From Albugo candida (taxonomy: Eukaryota), in assembly GCA_040437565.1 (NCBI GenBank), contig JBDOQK010000039.1, positions 62,001-126,000 on the forward strand: a DNA stretch of 64,000 bases. The letters run 5' to 3'. Made by a program: the position numbers and the translations under genes. Shown here in pieces: positions 47,368-59,843 of this stretch; the stretch's first letter is position 1; the number at the start of each line of letters is the position of its first letter. The notes beneath the pieces are model-generated. The model did not search any database, was not told where the DNA came from, and saw only the letters and a program-made list of their open reading frames with translations.

Positions 47368-49660
47368 CTTGATGGGTCGATCAATACGTATGTCAAAGAA
47401 AATTGAATATCAAGAACGAGCGAAGTACAGGCTACATCAGCAAGGTGCTACGTTATATTCTCCGGATGGTGACTGGCTGGTAAAAACAGCGCTGATCGAT
47501 AATATCTTCTGAGCTGTATGACTGGTTTAGTATGGGTCTTTGCGGAAAGATTGCTTGAGTACACGTGTTCGTGACAGCGCCCGAGTAGCTGCCAGAATGA
47601 TGACTGTCACTCAATCGACTTGTTTTTTGGCTTGGAGTAATAGGATGAGTCATTTTGAGACACCCATACAGAAATGGTAAAGTTTAGTGATTATGTAAAA
47701 AAGTGAGTTATACGTGATTTTTTTTGCAAAGCTGATTTGGATCTGCTGGCATAAGGAATGTTCTCATGCGCTTTGGATTGTCGGTAAATATCGGCCATCA
47801 AAAACAGAGTATATACTGCTATAAACGCCTACATCACATAGCAGAGTGCAAGCTGCGAATGACTTGGTAATTCGGATACACAAAGAGCGAATATTTACGC
47901 TCAATTCTTCACAAAGGCGATGAGAGCATTATTGCCTTATTCCAAGCATACAATTTATTGCTTTCAAAATTATCCCATAAATTTTCCTCTGTATGTTACC
48001 GATATTTCTCTCATTGCTGCTTTTCTGTGAGGCTTTCCGTCTCTCGTCTTCATCGGCAATACTTTACTCAGTTGGATTTTGTAATGCGGACTTATTCCAG
48101 TACATTCCTCCTATTTCAGCTCAGCTTCAACTCCGAGTGGGTATACTGCATGTCTTTGCGCTCCAGTTTGCTTGACTAAGTTGAAGTCGACTTGATGCAA
48201 TTTTTGAATAGTTTGAGATGGTGCTATATCATCACCGAGTTCGCAATCATTTGCCTTCCAAGTACCACCAAAACATACATAGCTTTTTCGTGATGCATCA
48301 GACTAGTTGAAATGGTACGTTCACTTCTCTGTATGCGCGCGATTCTTCAACGTTCAACTCACCGACGACGTTGTTGTCATTAAATTTCACACTTTGCGCT
48401 CCCCTGCCATTATGTGCAATCGTCAAAATTGAGAGAACATTTCAAGCAGCAATACATTTCCAAATTCACTTCAAAAACATCATCGAAGATATTATGCCTC
48501 ATGTGGTTTCTTGCACCAACATTGATTGTGATTACATGATTTGTAGACATGATGCTTGTACGGGGAAGCTTTACTGCCTCCAACATCTTGATCATTGAGT
48601 ACCTGATATGCTGTGCTTGTCGATAAAGTCGGGCGCTACGTTGTTGGCATCATGTGTGATAATTCGACTCGAGGCGATCACCGCGTACGATAAGGACAAC
48701 ACGGCGCTGTTCTGCGCAGTCCATGCTGTCAAACATAAATTTTAAGCCCCGACACAATTAATATTCCTAGCCATCAAACTGCGGCTTCGACAATGAGAAA
48801 AGCGTGATTGTTTATTTTGTCACAAAACATAATGATGTCCTGAGACGATTCTTTACCATCGGGCTTCATCAATTAGGATTAGCTCCAAACGCATTTCCAT
48901 GTTCATTCTTTGAATAATGCTTCCTCCAAATCTATCAACTACTCTACCCGATCACACCGATCCATTATAGAGATGGGGCATATGTTAGGGTCATGGATTT
49001 ATCAAACAATCGTATCTCCGCATAATCCATCGCGAATAGCTCTATCTATAAAGATCGATGAAACGTGCATCAATGGGATCTCGTTCACGTCGACTTAGCA
49101 AAGGGATACATAAAGGATCACCCTCGTTATCGTTCGAATGCTGTGTCATGCGATCAACAGGTACTTTACCCCATGAAGAATGGCGGGTCGATATGCCCTG
49201 ACTTTGTGTATTGTCAAAACTTTCCGCATTGTTGCGAAATATAAGCCAACTCCTCCGTTAGTAGTTCTGTTCTTCCTGCTTAGCCTGCCGCCATTTTCAG
49301 TTGAATTAGGATAACAGGCAGTGTACTCTTTCAATTATGCGTGATAAGCAGAAACGAGACAGCGATATCTTGATGAGTGTTCTACCAGCGCTCGTAACAG
49401 GCTCTTTGATTAATGAGTTTGTCGTAACAAAAGTAAGGATGAAATGTTCGAAGCGCCGACGAGATCTATATATGCAGCAGGAATCGTTATCCTACTCATT
49501 TCCTGTGTTCGTACCCTTAAATGCTTGTAGTGATAGCGTTCGCATGTTCTCTGTATTGAATTTTAATTTAAGAACGGCGTGAGACTAAAAAAGGAAAGGA
49601 ATTTATAAAAAGGCTACAAGAAATTTGGAAAGTCTGATCGATGCAACTCGGACATCTATT

Positions 49661-50656
49661 CTACCTCCGAGTGTTGCGAATGGTACATTTTGAAGAGTGT
49701 CCCCCTTTGGGTGCATCACTGGGAGATGATTGTGGCGCATCACTGGGAGATGGCTCTGGTGCTTTCTTTTCTGTTCCTTGATTATCCTCTCCATTCTCTT
49801 TCTCGCCTGCTTTTGGTGCTTCATAATTTTCTCCTTCATTCTCTTTCCCGCCTTCTTTTGGCTTTCCATCGCCCTCACCTTTGTTCTCCTTATTGCCTTT
49901 TTTTGGTGGTCCATACTCCTCGCCTCCACCGGGTGATCCGTTCTCATTGGTATTCCCATTATTTCCACTGGGAGCGGGGGTGGATGTACTATTGTTACCG
50001 CCAGTATATGAGCATTCTCCTTTCGCTTTATCCGGGATCTTACCATCTTTTCCTTTTCCTGCAATATTTACACAATTGATGTAACTCTGCCATGGGTCTC
50101 CATGCGAAGCGATGAAAGTAAAGACCAACATATGGCCTGCGCATTGCTCTCTCACGGTGTCATTCACCGGATACTTCCAGTCCTTATCGAATGCATATTG
50201 GCAATTTGGACTCGAAAAAACAACCTTGCCGTTGCATTCCATCTGGCACACTCCAAAGTGTGGAATCGGCGAAAATTTGAAAAAATCTGGCATTGGTTGT
50301 GGATCATCGGGTTTGGAGCTTCCACATTGTTTGTCGTAGCTAGGATCGTCCATAACCGTATATTCAAGTACAAATTCGTAAAATGTTTTCTTTTTGAGTC
50401 TTTCGTAATTACTGAACACAGTTTGAAGATTGACTAGATTTTTCGCCTGATCTCCAAAGGTTAGACCCTCACCAATTAATTCAGGAGCAAGGGAAGATGT
50501 CTTAAAACCACCGCATGGATTTGGCCACGACGCAATTACGAAAGTTGATAGTGGACAAGACATATATGTATGAGGCTGCACTGGAATAACATGAAGGAGA
50601 GATAGATGAGCAAATAACCTGATACTGCGTTTACTGAGATGATGTTTTGATGGCAT
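49661..50656 (-). CDS. AA17 lytic polysaccharide monooxygenase (secreted), paralog of 46273-47367
   Basis: ATG at 50656. PVQP|HTYMSCP, IASWPNP, CGSS..PQPMP, HFGVCQMEC and LVFTFIASHGDPWQSYINC, followed by a Gly/Glu/Lys-rich tail. Confidence 0.88.
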   Translation of the reverse strand: MPSKHHLSKRSIRLFAHLSLLHVIPVQPHTYMSCPLSTFVIASWPNPCGGFKTSSLAPELIGEGLTFGDQAKNLVNLQTVFSNYERLKKKTFYEFVLEYTVMDDPSYDKQCGSSKPDDPQPMPDFFKFSPIPHFGVCQMECNGKVVFSSPNCQYAFDKDWKYPVNDTVREQCAGHMLVFTFIASHGDPWQSYINCVNIAGKGKDGKIPDKAKGECSYTGGNNSTSTPAPSGNNGNTNENGSPGGGEEYGPPKKGNKENKGEGDGKPKEGGKENEGENYEAPKAGEKENGEDNQGTEKKAPEPSPSDAPQSSPSDAPKGGHSSKCTIRNTRR

Positions 50657-51513
50657 CTTGACTGCGTTAAGCAACTTGTGATTCTGATCAAATTATATAA
50701 TGAAGAAGAATGTGAGCTATATGTTCCATAGTTAGGGTATACGTCATATTCCCCCGAGATAGCTTGCCCGTGATTCATATCTGAGCTGGATGATTAGCTG
50801 GACGAGGCCCAAAGAAGAATCGCACGAGTACACGTGTGTCTTCACATTAGCTTTGCTGTCAAAGGTATGATGACTCATACTTTGTGATGGCTGAATGTAA
50901 TTCAAGCGATGTATCAGCTTGCACACAGTGGTGGTACCTTATCAGATGCCTACAGAACGAAAGGGTACATCGATGTGCGGAATGGGTGCCATCGCGGATG
51001 CAAAGTGTCGAGCTGTGATACGAGTAACATCATAATTCGTACATTCGAATATCGGTACTAAGATGTTACGAGGAGATGTAGAAGCTCCGATTGAGGGTAT
51101 ACGTAAAGATATGAATGTATTCTGACTGTTACTTCCCAAACAGCAGTACAAATGTGATCAAAGCATGTTACCTCATTTAAACATCAGGTACCGTGTTTTT
51201 TTTAAGAGACGCAGAGCAGGTAATGCTGAATACCGTGTCTAAGTAGTCAGGCGCCATCGAAAGCTAGATCAGTCAGACGGACTCTAAATCGTCGCGTAAG
51301 CGCTCTTACTAATTACATATACGTAGTCATACCAAGTCTTTGCCAAAATAGTGTGGTCTTGACCGATTCTCTGCGTTTCATCGACCATGAGAAAATAGAA
51401 GGATTCTGAGTGGTTTGTGCAGTTTAACTCTTCTGTGAGCCATTGCGGGACAACTCTGCGATATAAAGAGTTCTTGAAGACATTTTAAAATACACACAAT
51501 ACCCCCTACAATT

Positions 51514-54500
51514 ATGATACAATGGACCCGTACCCATTCGATTCCACAACGGTCTTCTCAAGTCACACTCAGCACACTTAAATTCAGTCATACTCGGCTC
51601 CATGCTACAGCCATTCAATTCGCTCTATTCATCGCCACATGCTCGACATTGTTACTTCGTTCTACCGCGGCAGTAGCATATTGTCAAAATCTCTTGCATC
51701 ACTGCAATTTTGAGGCCAACACTTCCTCCTGTACTTTTACTTCTTCCGTTCAGTTTAGCTGCAAAGTTTCACAGCCACCCCTTACGGTCTCACGTGAATG
51801 GAATAATAGTATCAGTACAAATCCATCACATCTGTATGTAAATAATAAGCAAACGGTAGACGATAACGCGATGGCAAGTGTTGTGGGAGCACACTGTCGC
51901 TGGAATGTGGCTGGAGATTTGATATTGAGTCCCAACGTTACAGTCGATATTGTAGTCGAAGAAGGTATTCAGTGTTTTCTCTTCGTTTCAGTTGGAAAGC
52001 GTTTTCTTTTGCAACAAAATGCCTCTCTAAGTGGTTCTTCCATCAGCGTGGACGCGTCTTTTGTGCATCTGGAAACAGGTGCACGACTTACTACTTCTTA
52101 CTACAAACCTGCAGAATCGGCCGAGTTATTTTGGATGAAAAATGGACGTGACTGCGGGGCGTATAATGCAGGAATGGGTGGCTGTTTACCGGGAGATGTG
52201 TATGTTACCTCGCGGCCAATATCACTTTTGGCTATAGAGATGGGTACAGGCGACATCATCCAAGAAGCCTGGAATCTCTCACTTTTCTGGGATCGTATCA
52301 TGGAGGCTCAGATGACGGATGGAAACGACACCATGCAGACTCCGGAACAACAAGCCGCTTCAAAAATATTGTTTGGAATGGGCCGTGCTGCTCGGAAATC
52401 TGCTGTTGGGATTCAAAACACTACCGCTCAATTGCTGCAAAATGATACAGATACGCAGTTTCCTGAGCAGAACAATTTGTACACAAGAGGTGGAGGTCGT
52501 ATTCGAATAGTGGCATCACGGGACCTTGTGGTGATGGACAAAGCCGCTATCACAGCTGACGGAGATTCGGCTGTGTCGGGTATCGCAGGAGGATCTGGCG
52601 GGAGTGTCTACTTGTCCGCTACTGCAGTATCTATCACCAATGGCAGGATCCGCGCAAGAGGTGGGGATGCATTTTGTACGTCACCTTTGCTTGCCAACAA
52701 ATCCGACGACGAAAGTCTCAAACTTGAAAAGGATGGTGACACAATGTTAGAAGCAAAAGATTGTTCCCCTGCGGGTGGAGGTGGTCGTATTATGATTGCG
52801 TACCAATCAAGCGAGCTAAACAACGCTGATAGTGTGGATACGACAGGTGGAAATATCCTTTCCGTGAAAAATTACGAAAAGTGCATGCCGTCTTCCCTTG
52901 CTTCTCAACTCACTGGAGCCACTGGTACTTTCTTTAAGGTTGTGTACAGCGCAGATCACATGGTCTCCGAGTCAAATATCATCATTAGTAATCGCCAACA
53001 ACCTTTATCGATTATAAACAGTTCCAACGATTTTCTCCGCAACCTGATGGCACCCACACCTTTCATCTTTCCCAGCAATGACGAGATGGACGAGATAAGA
53101 GATTGGAGTACCACAGACGTGATGATACAAGATGGCGCTTTTGTGGTCACTAATGGGCTACCTCCTTCAACTGCACGAGAGAACTTATCGAGCGATAATA
53201 CTTTCGGAAGTTTCAGGGTGATCAATTCATCGGTTCTGATCGCAGCAATCAAGGTCTATCCTTCTGACAGCACCAGAACCTTCCCAGAAGGATCAGAAGG
53301 ATCCTTCGCAGGGAGCATAGAGACCAGTCAAAGGCACTCAAGTATTGTTCGGCTCAATGCCCGAGACATTGCAATGCAAAATCAGTCACGCTGGCTCGTA
53401 ATGACTGATGTCGCCGCACACGACTCGGTTTTCGAAATGGACACCGCAGAGACTCAAATGGAGATTCGTGCGCAAACTTTTGCGACGGACGCATCCGTCA
53501 GCATTGAATTTGAAGGCGAACTGAATATTTGGACGTCCTATGCGCTCAATTTTGATGCAAATGTGTCAACTGGAGCTCCTATCATCACAAACGCGACATC
53601 TCTTATCAGCGGCAGCCAGCGATTAAAGCTTTACAGTGGAGAGGACGTTTTCCTTGGCGGTAATTTTCACGTTGGATCACTTTATGTCCGATCGGAGCAT
53701 TCCATCTTCCTCATACATGGAAGCATCGATGCAAAATTACGGACACAATTGGATGCTCGTTTTACAGCCTGTGATGACATTTTTATTGAGCAAAGCAATT
53801 TCACACTTGTTTTGAATGCAGGCAAATCGATATCGATTGGGTACGATCGCCAAGTTGAAACCTCGAACTCTGCGGAGCAAGATACGGCATCAAAAACGTT
53901 GTTGCTTGGAAGTGCGATTCAAATATGTGCGGTTGATCGCATTGAGATATCTGCACAGACAGTAATCTCTTCAAATGGACGTGGGGCTCAAGCGAATCAA
54001 GGTGCGGGACATGGGAATTGTATGGGGTCAGTCGGTGGCGGTGCAGGCTACGGTGGTCGTGGAGCAGATTCAAATCCGATTGATTCGGTTGGAGATTACG
54101 CGTCTGGTGGCCTTATTTATGGATCGAAATCCGGAGAAGGTTTAGTTGGCTCTGGTGGAGGCTGTACAGGTGGAGGCTCTGGTGGTGGGATTATTCGACT
54201 GGGTGCGTCCTCTTTGGAGCTAAATGGTCAACTTCATTGTGACGGTGCTTCCGGCGTACACGGTGCTGGTGGGGGTTCTGGCGGGTTCCTCGGCATCACT
54301 ATTGCGACGCATCTCACTGGTGATGGTAATATAACAGCTACCGGTGGTACCGCTACGTGCATTCCTATCCCTAAAAAGACAGCTGATGCCAATCTGTCGA
54401 CACCGACAGGCACCTTTCTTGTAGGATCTACTCAGGACGAAGCAGTCACTTCCACGACCGCATCTCCAAAAAGGACGCAAGTCTGTGGAGGAGGTGGAGG

Positions 54501-57500
54501 TGGAGGGCGATTACAGCTTCGTGGCTGCAAGAAAAGCAATTACGATCAATGCACACATGATTTTGATGGAGATTACACCGTTCACGGCGGGGCAACACTG
54601 ACGTCTGACGCTACTCCGGCGGAAGCATCTCCAACCGTGGAGAAAAGTGAGACTGGTGTATCGCCATCTCCAACGTATACCAATAACTCCTCGTCGTCTT
54701 CACCCTTGACTATCAGCAAGCTGACTAAAAGCGGCTCTGATGGATCTTTTTTTGGCTTTCCTTGTCCACCAGGTTATGGCGGGCTGTTTTGTCGAGTATG
54801 TCCTGTGGGAACGTACAAGTCGGAATCGAATAGTGAGGAATGCAAAGCCTGCCATAATGCACCAGCGAATTCTCATTATGTTGGCCCGTCTGGAGCGACT
54901 AGCACTCATTGTCCATGGGCGTGCGATCCGGGGTATACCGGGCGCACACGGTGTGTGTCGCCGTTGCAGCAGCTTTTAGACACTTTTGGAGGCGAAGTTG
55001 GATGTGGGATCGTATTGATGGGAATTGTTCTCTTTTTCATCCTTTTGGGATACGCTTGCCGGAATAGAAAAGAGCCTTCGACAATGTATACCCATCACGT
55101 CAATCATGAATTCTTCTTTAGTGGCACAGGCTCAAACGATTCGATTTCAATGCTTCCATCCACCAAAGCTGAGCGCCAGAGGTTGCTGGTACACACCGGG
55201 TTGATGACACCGTCTGATTCGATGGCATCCGGTGAATGGTTTCGATGCACGTCGATTTTATGTTGTTGGCTTCCGCCTCTTGTGCGGTGCATTTCATGGG
55301 CGCATGTGAAGTATCCCAAGCTTATGGAGAGAGATCTTCCAGAGCATATGGCACGTTTATACTTTGCAGGCACGAATGATCGACACTGTCCTCTCCGACT
55401 TCGTACAACCGTTCCTCCAAATCTCGATCCGGTATTGTACGGCAAAGAATTCGAAGCATTCGCGAACAAGATCAACGCCGCGTTAGGATGGCCTCGTTTG
55501 ACCAACTTGAGGCAGATGGAAGTCTCCAAAACTGAGCAAGTTGACCCACTCGGACGCTCGTTTGGTCGGGCTCAAGACAACCCTGCAATTCCGAATTCTC
55601 CGTCAAAAGTGTGTTGTTGCTGCNNNNNNNNNNNNNNNNNNNNNNNNNNNNNNNNNNNNNNNNNNNNNNNNNNNNNNNNNNNNNNNNNNNNNNNNNNNNN
55701 NNNNNNNNNNNNNNNNNNNNNNNGGAAGTCTCCAAAACTGAGCAAGTTGACCCACTCGGACGCTCGTTTGGTCGGGCTCAAGACAACCCTGCAATTCCGA
55801 ATTCTCCGTCAAAAGTGTGTTGTTGCTGCCATAGCTGGGGGGATGTGCTGTATCGCTTCATGTCCTTCTTCTGCTATCCTCTAGCAGCAAACGTGCTGCA
55901 ATATCGTCGTCACGTTCGAATGAATGCACTCAAACAAATGATTGCCAAGTACAATCACGCATTTATGAAAGGTCCACGGGCCCGAGGCCTATTGAATGCT
56001 GTGAAGCTCGGCTACTCATCCGACGATTACTCGTTGGTGTACTTGGAGCTATTGTTTAAAGAAAGCTTTCAATCGACTTGTGTGCCTACGAATGGAAACA
56101 TCGGCAAGCCAGCGCTGCCCATAGTGTTGCTATTTGCCGGTCGTGGAACATATCGCTCACCTTTGTATTTGGATCCAAACGATCTACTCGTCCGATCGAT
56201 CCCACAATGCCCAGAACTCACAGCATTTATCGATGAGCAATGGATAGAAATCGTCAGTGAGCTGAATACACTCTTACGATGCGTTGTGTGTCAAGATTGG
56301 GGAATCGTGCAGACTCTGCTTCCAGTCGCGAGGTTTCTCGAGACGATCAATGCTCGAAATCTGCAAAGTCAAACGAATCGGTTGGGAGGATTGTGTATGC
56401 ACCTCGGGCGTTTCTACGTCCAGGATCCAGACGAAATGGGGGCTGATGGATCGGAAGAATGTAAGCTTGGTTTGTTTCTGACAACATCCAATAGCTCAGG
56501 CACATTAACAACTTCATCCAACAAAGGAGAAAGCAAAAGTCGAAAAAATGCTTCCTTCCTAAGTGGACGCGCGTACACAGGCTACAACGTGGCGTTTGAG
56601 AACAAGGATTCCAGTGTGAGTAGCCGTGAACGACGACGGAGCCCCGAGAATGCGAAAGACGCGTGGTGTGATTTAGCTACATCATCGTCTCCATCCTCAC
56701 CGTCCACCTCAAATCCTTCGATGGCGAGAAGTCGAATACGCGCCGAAGCACTGCGACTTCGTTCAACCACAAGTGGTGAAGAGTTTGATAAAAGGGAGAA
56801 TCAAGCAACCCGAAGAAATGGCCATGAGCAGTCTCAGCGACAGGAATATCCGAAATTGACCAAATTGAGTCATGTACGACATGGACATCCTGGCGTTTAT
56901 AAGATCTGGCAAGGACCAATTGATACTTCGTTGCCTGTTGCAGGTGTCCTTATCACATCGACTGAGCTAGAAGACCGGCTTATACATCAAAGTAGAATCA
57001 ATCGGGTACTTTTCGTCCTCCATCGCTATCTATTGCCGTGCAACGTACCTTTGAGACCTCTCCAATGTCTACACCATCGAACACATCGTGACGACGAGCG
57101 AGATGATCAAGAAGAGAAGCCAAATCTACGCAACCGATTCACAGCTATGGGAGGCAAATCAAGTCCAATATTGACAAGCGCACTGTATGGAGCCGCAGCG
57201 AATCCAACCCTGCTAAGTAGCGTTTCTTGGATCCTTCATATCACTCTTTTATGTCTCCTAATGATGGATCTGGCAATCACATTCGCTACTATTGCCAATA
57301 TGAAATGTGTCAACAACGGCCAAGTCGATATCAATTGCTCTGTGTCAATTCTCATCCCAATCATGCTATTTCCCGTCCCTTTGGCTATTATTATTGCTCC
57401 TGTTACGGGGATATCATCGCTGGCATTATCATCACCTCAATTTTCCAGGCAGTATGCAATTTGGAATATGTTTTCGATTGTAAATGTTGGCATCGCTGCT

Positions 57501-57740
57501 CTTTGTGGAATTCTCAACACGAGTCGACTGGTTGCGCCGTGGTTTGCAGGATCCTTTCCAATTTTGCCAATGTTACTGCTCGCTGTCAAGTTCGGAGAAG
57601 CGTATATCGTAGAGCGATATATTGCCTTCCAAGAGACTTACCGACGGCGAAGAGGATGGCGAGGTCTCATGAAGCGAAGATTATCAGATGCAAGTAATAG
57701 CGGGATCAGCCCGAGCATGTCGCCGCCGGAAACACCATAG
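51514..57740 (+). CDS. Giant Gly-rich repeat / Cys-rich (ephrin-receptor-like) multi-pass membrane protein (~2006 aa)
   Basis: Removing the 206-nt gap offset joins the 1456-aa and 709-aa ORFs. It has an N-terminal hydrophobic signal, repeated GGGSGG/GGGGRI motifs, CPPGYGGLFCRVCPVGTYK, a TM helix, a cytoplasmic region and ~4 C-terminal TM segments. Confidence 0.85.
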
Positions 57741-58098
57741 TACGATTGAAAAAGACATTTTCTATTGTGAGCAAATAGCTACAAAATGTCATTGATAAAG
57801 GCTTCTTCTATCGTGTTGACAACCCAATCAATATNNNNNNNNNNNNNNNNNNNNNNNNNNNNNNNNNNNNNNNNNNNNNNNNNNNNNNNNNNNNNNNNNN
57901 NNNNNNNNNNNNNNNNNNNNNNNNNNNNNNNNNNCGATATATTGCCTTCCAAGAGACTTACCGACGGCGAAGAGGATGGCGAGGTCTCATGAAGCGAAGA
58001 TTATCAGATGCAAGTAATAGCGGGATCAGCCCGAGCATGTCGCCGCCGGAAACACCATAGTACGATTGAAAAAGACATTTTCTATTGTGAGCAAATAG

Positions 58099-59617
58099 CT
58101 ACAAAATGTCATTGATAAAGGCTTCTTCTATCGTGTTGACAACCCAATCAATATCTTCTTGAGTCACAATGAGCGGGGGGCATAATCGTATGGTTCTACA
58201 GAGAATCGGATGTGAGAAATGGTAATGATAGCAAGTATTTCATCGTACTTCTCGCCGGCTGATATCAGCAAAAGATTCTTTTCCATCAGTGCAAATTTTG
58301 TCAGTGGATTGACGGGATTTTTGCACTCCACACCAATGAATAATGCCTGACGACCGTGAGGCACGCGAACTTGAGAGATTTTATCGGGGTATTTCGCTTG
58401 CAGCGCTTCTAGTTGTTGTGCAAGGTAGGCTCCACGAGATTGTACATTCGCTAAGAACTCTGTCGATTTGATTTTGTTCAAAACGACTTCGGCAACTTTG
58501 CAAATGAGAGGATTCCCACCAAAGGTTGTACCGTGCGAGCCTGGCGTCACAACATCAGCGACATGATCACGTACGAGGATTGCACCGATAGGAAGTCCGC
58601 CTGCCAGTGGCTTTGCTAGCGTCATAATGTCTGGATTGATTCCGTACCACTCGTGGGCAAACAGCTTTCCTGTTCGACCCAACCCGCATTGTACTTCATC
58701 CGTTATCAATAATGCATCATTTTCGTCACAAAGCGCTCTCAACTCTTGCAAAAATGATGGATTCGCTGGAATCACTCCGCCTTCTCCTTGTATCGGCTCA
58801 ATAATGACTCCTGCCGTCTTTTTCGAAATCAAATTTCGCACGTGATCGATATCATTGTACTCGGCGTACCGCACACCGGGTATCAGCGGCATAAAAGCTT
58901 CTCTAATTGCTGGCTTGTATGTTAACGTCAATGCAGCAGCAGTTCGACCATGGAAGCCGCCTTTGAACGAGATAAATTCCATTTTTTGCCCCTCTAACGC
59001 GCTACAACAAAATTCCAGTGATTTCATCGACGCATGGAGTGTCTCACTTACGTTCCCTTTGCCTTTTGATTCGCGTAAAGCCGTGCGAATTTATAGGCTC
59101 CTTCATTGGCTTCTGTACCGGAATTGCAAAAGAACACTTTATCGAAAGAGGAATGATCCACCAGCATCTTTGCAAGCTCCAGTGGTGCCTGTGTGTGGAA
59201 TAAGTTGCTCGTGTGGCATATTTGCTATATTTCTCATTGGTTATCGACAGAAAAAGCCTGGTGACGCATGTGAGGACCAACCTTTGCCCCTTGCACAAGC
59301 GCTGCCTGCCAATCCGAGTCATTGTGACCAAGCCCAGTTACTGCGATACCAGCGCAGAAATCCAAGTATTTTTGGCCGTTTTGATCGAATAAATACTGTC
59401 CTTCTCCGTGCGTGAAGAAGGTATCTTCTTTGCCACGAATTCCATCGGCGTTATATGTGTGCACGAGGTACTTTCGATCGTATTCTTCAGGTTTTGAAAA
59501 AGTACGGAGTTGTGCATTGGATGAAAAACTCATAAAGGATGGCTGCGTCTCGCAGGAACGCCACACGCGAGGCGTAAATGGCGCTATTCGATGGCGAAGG
59601 TGGCGAGGAAGTACCAT
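58099..59617 (-). CDS. argD: Acetylornithine aminotransferase (class III PLP), probably mitochondrial, 4 exons
   Basis: Presequence MVLPRHLRHR, YLDFCAGIAVTGLGH, FFCNSGTEANE, GFHGRT, EPIQGEGG, DEVQCGLGRTG and TLAKPLAGG (PLP Lys). The last exon TIRLCPPLIV ends at 58099. Confidence 0.95.
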
Positions 59618-59843
59618 GAATGATAGCGATTGACGGATTGGATAGAAATCAGATCGTGCATAGGGGCGGTAAGGGTATAGCAAGAAGGGCAGGGTTCGGG
59701 TCTATTTCTAGCGTATAATCCTTCTTTGCCTAACCCGCTTCTATAACCTCGTCTTACCCTACCCTGAGTAGACCACGAAAGTTTTCATTAAAATCCATTT
59801 CGTCACCGAGCGCTCAAGTGTACAAGAAATTTATAGCGTTGAT

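Noticed and set aside
47900-49600. Possible decayed gene or element between the AA17 paralogs
   Set aside because: Fragmentary frames with no identifiable domain, and no third AA17 copy detected.
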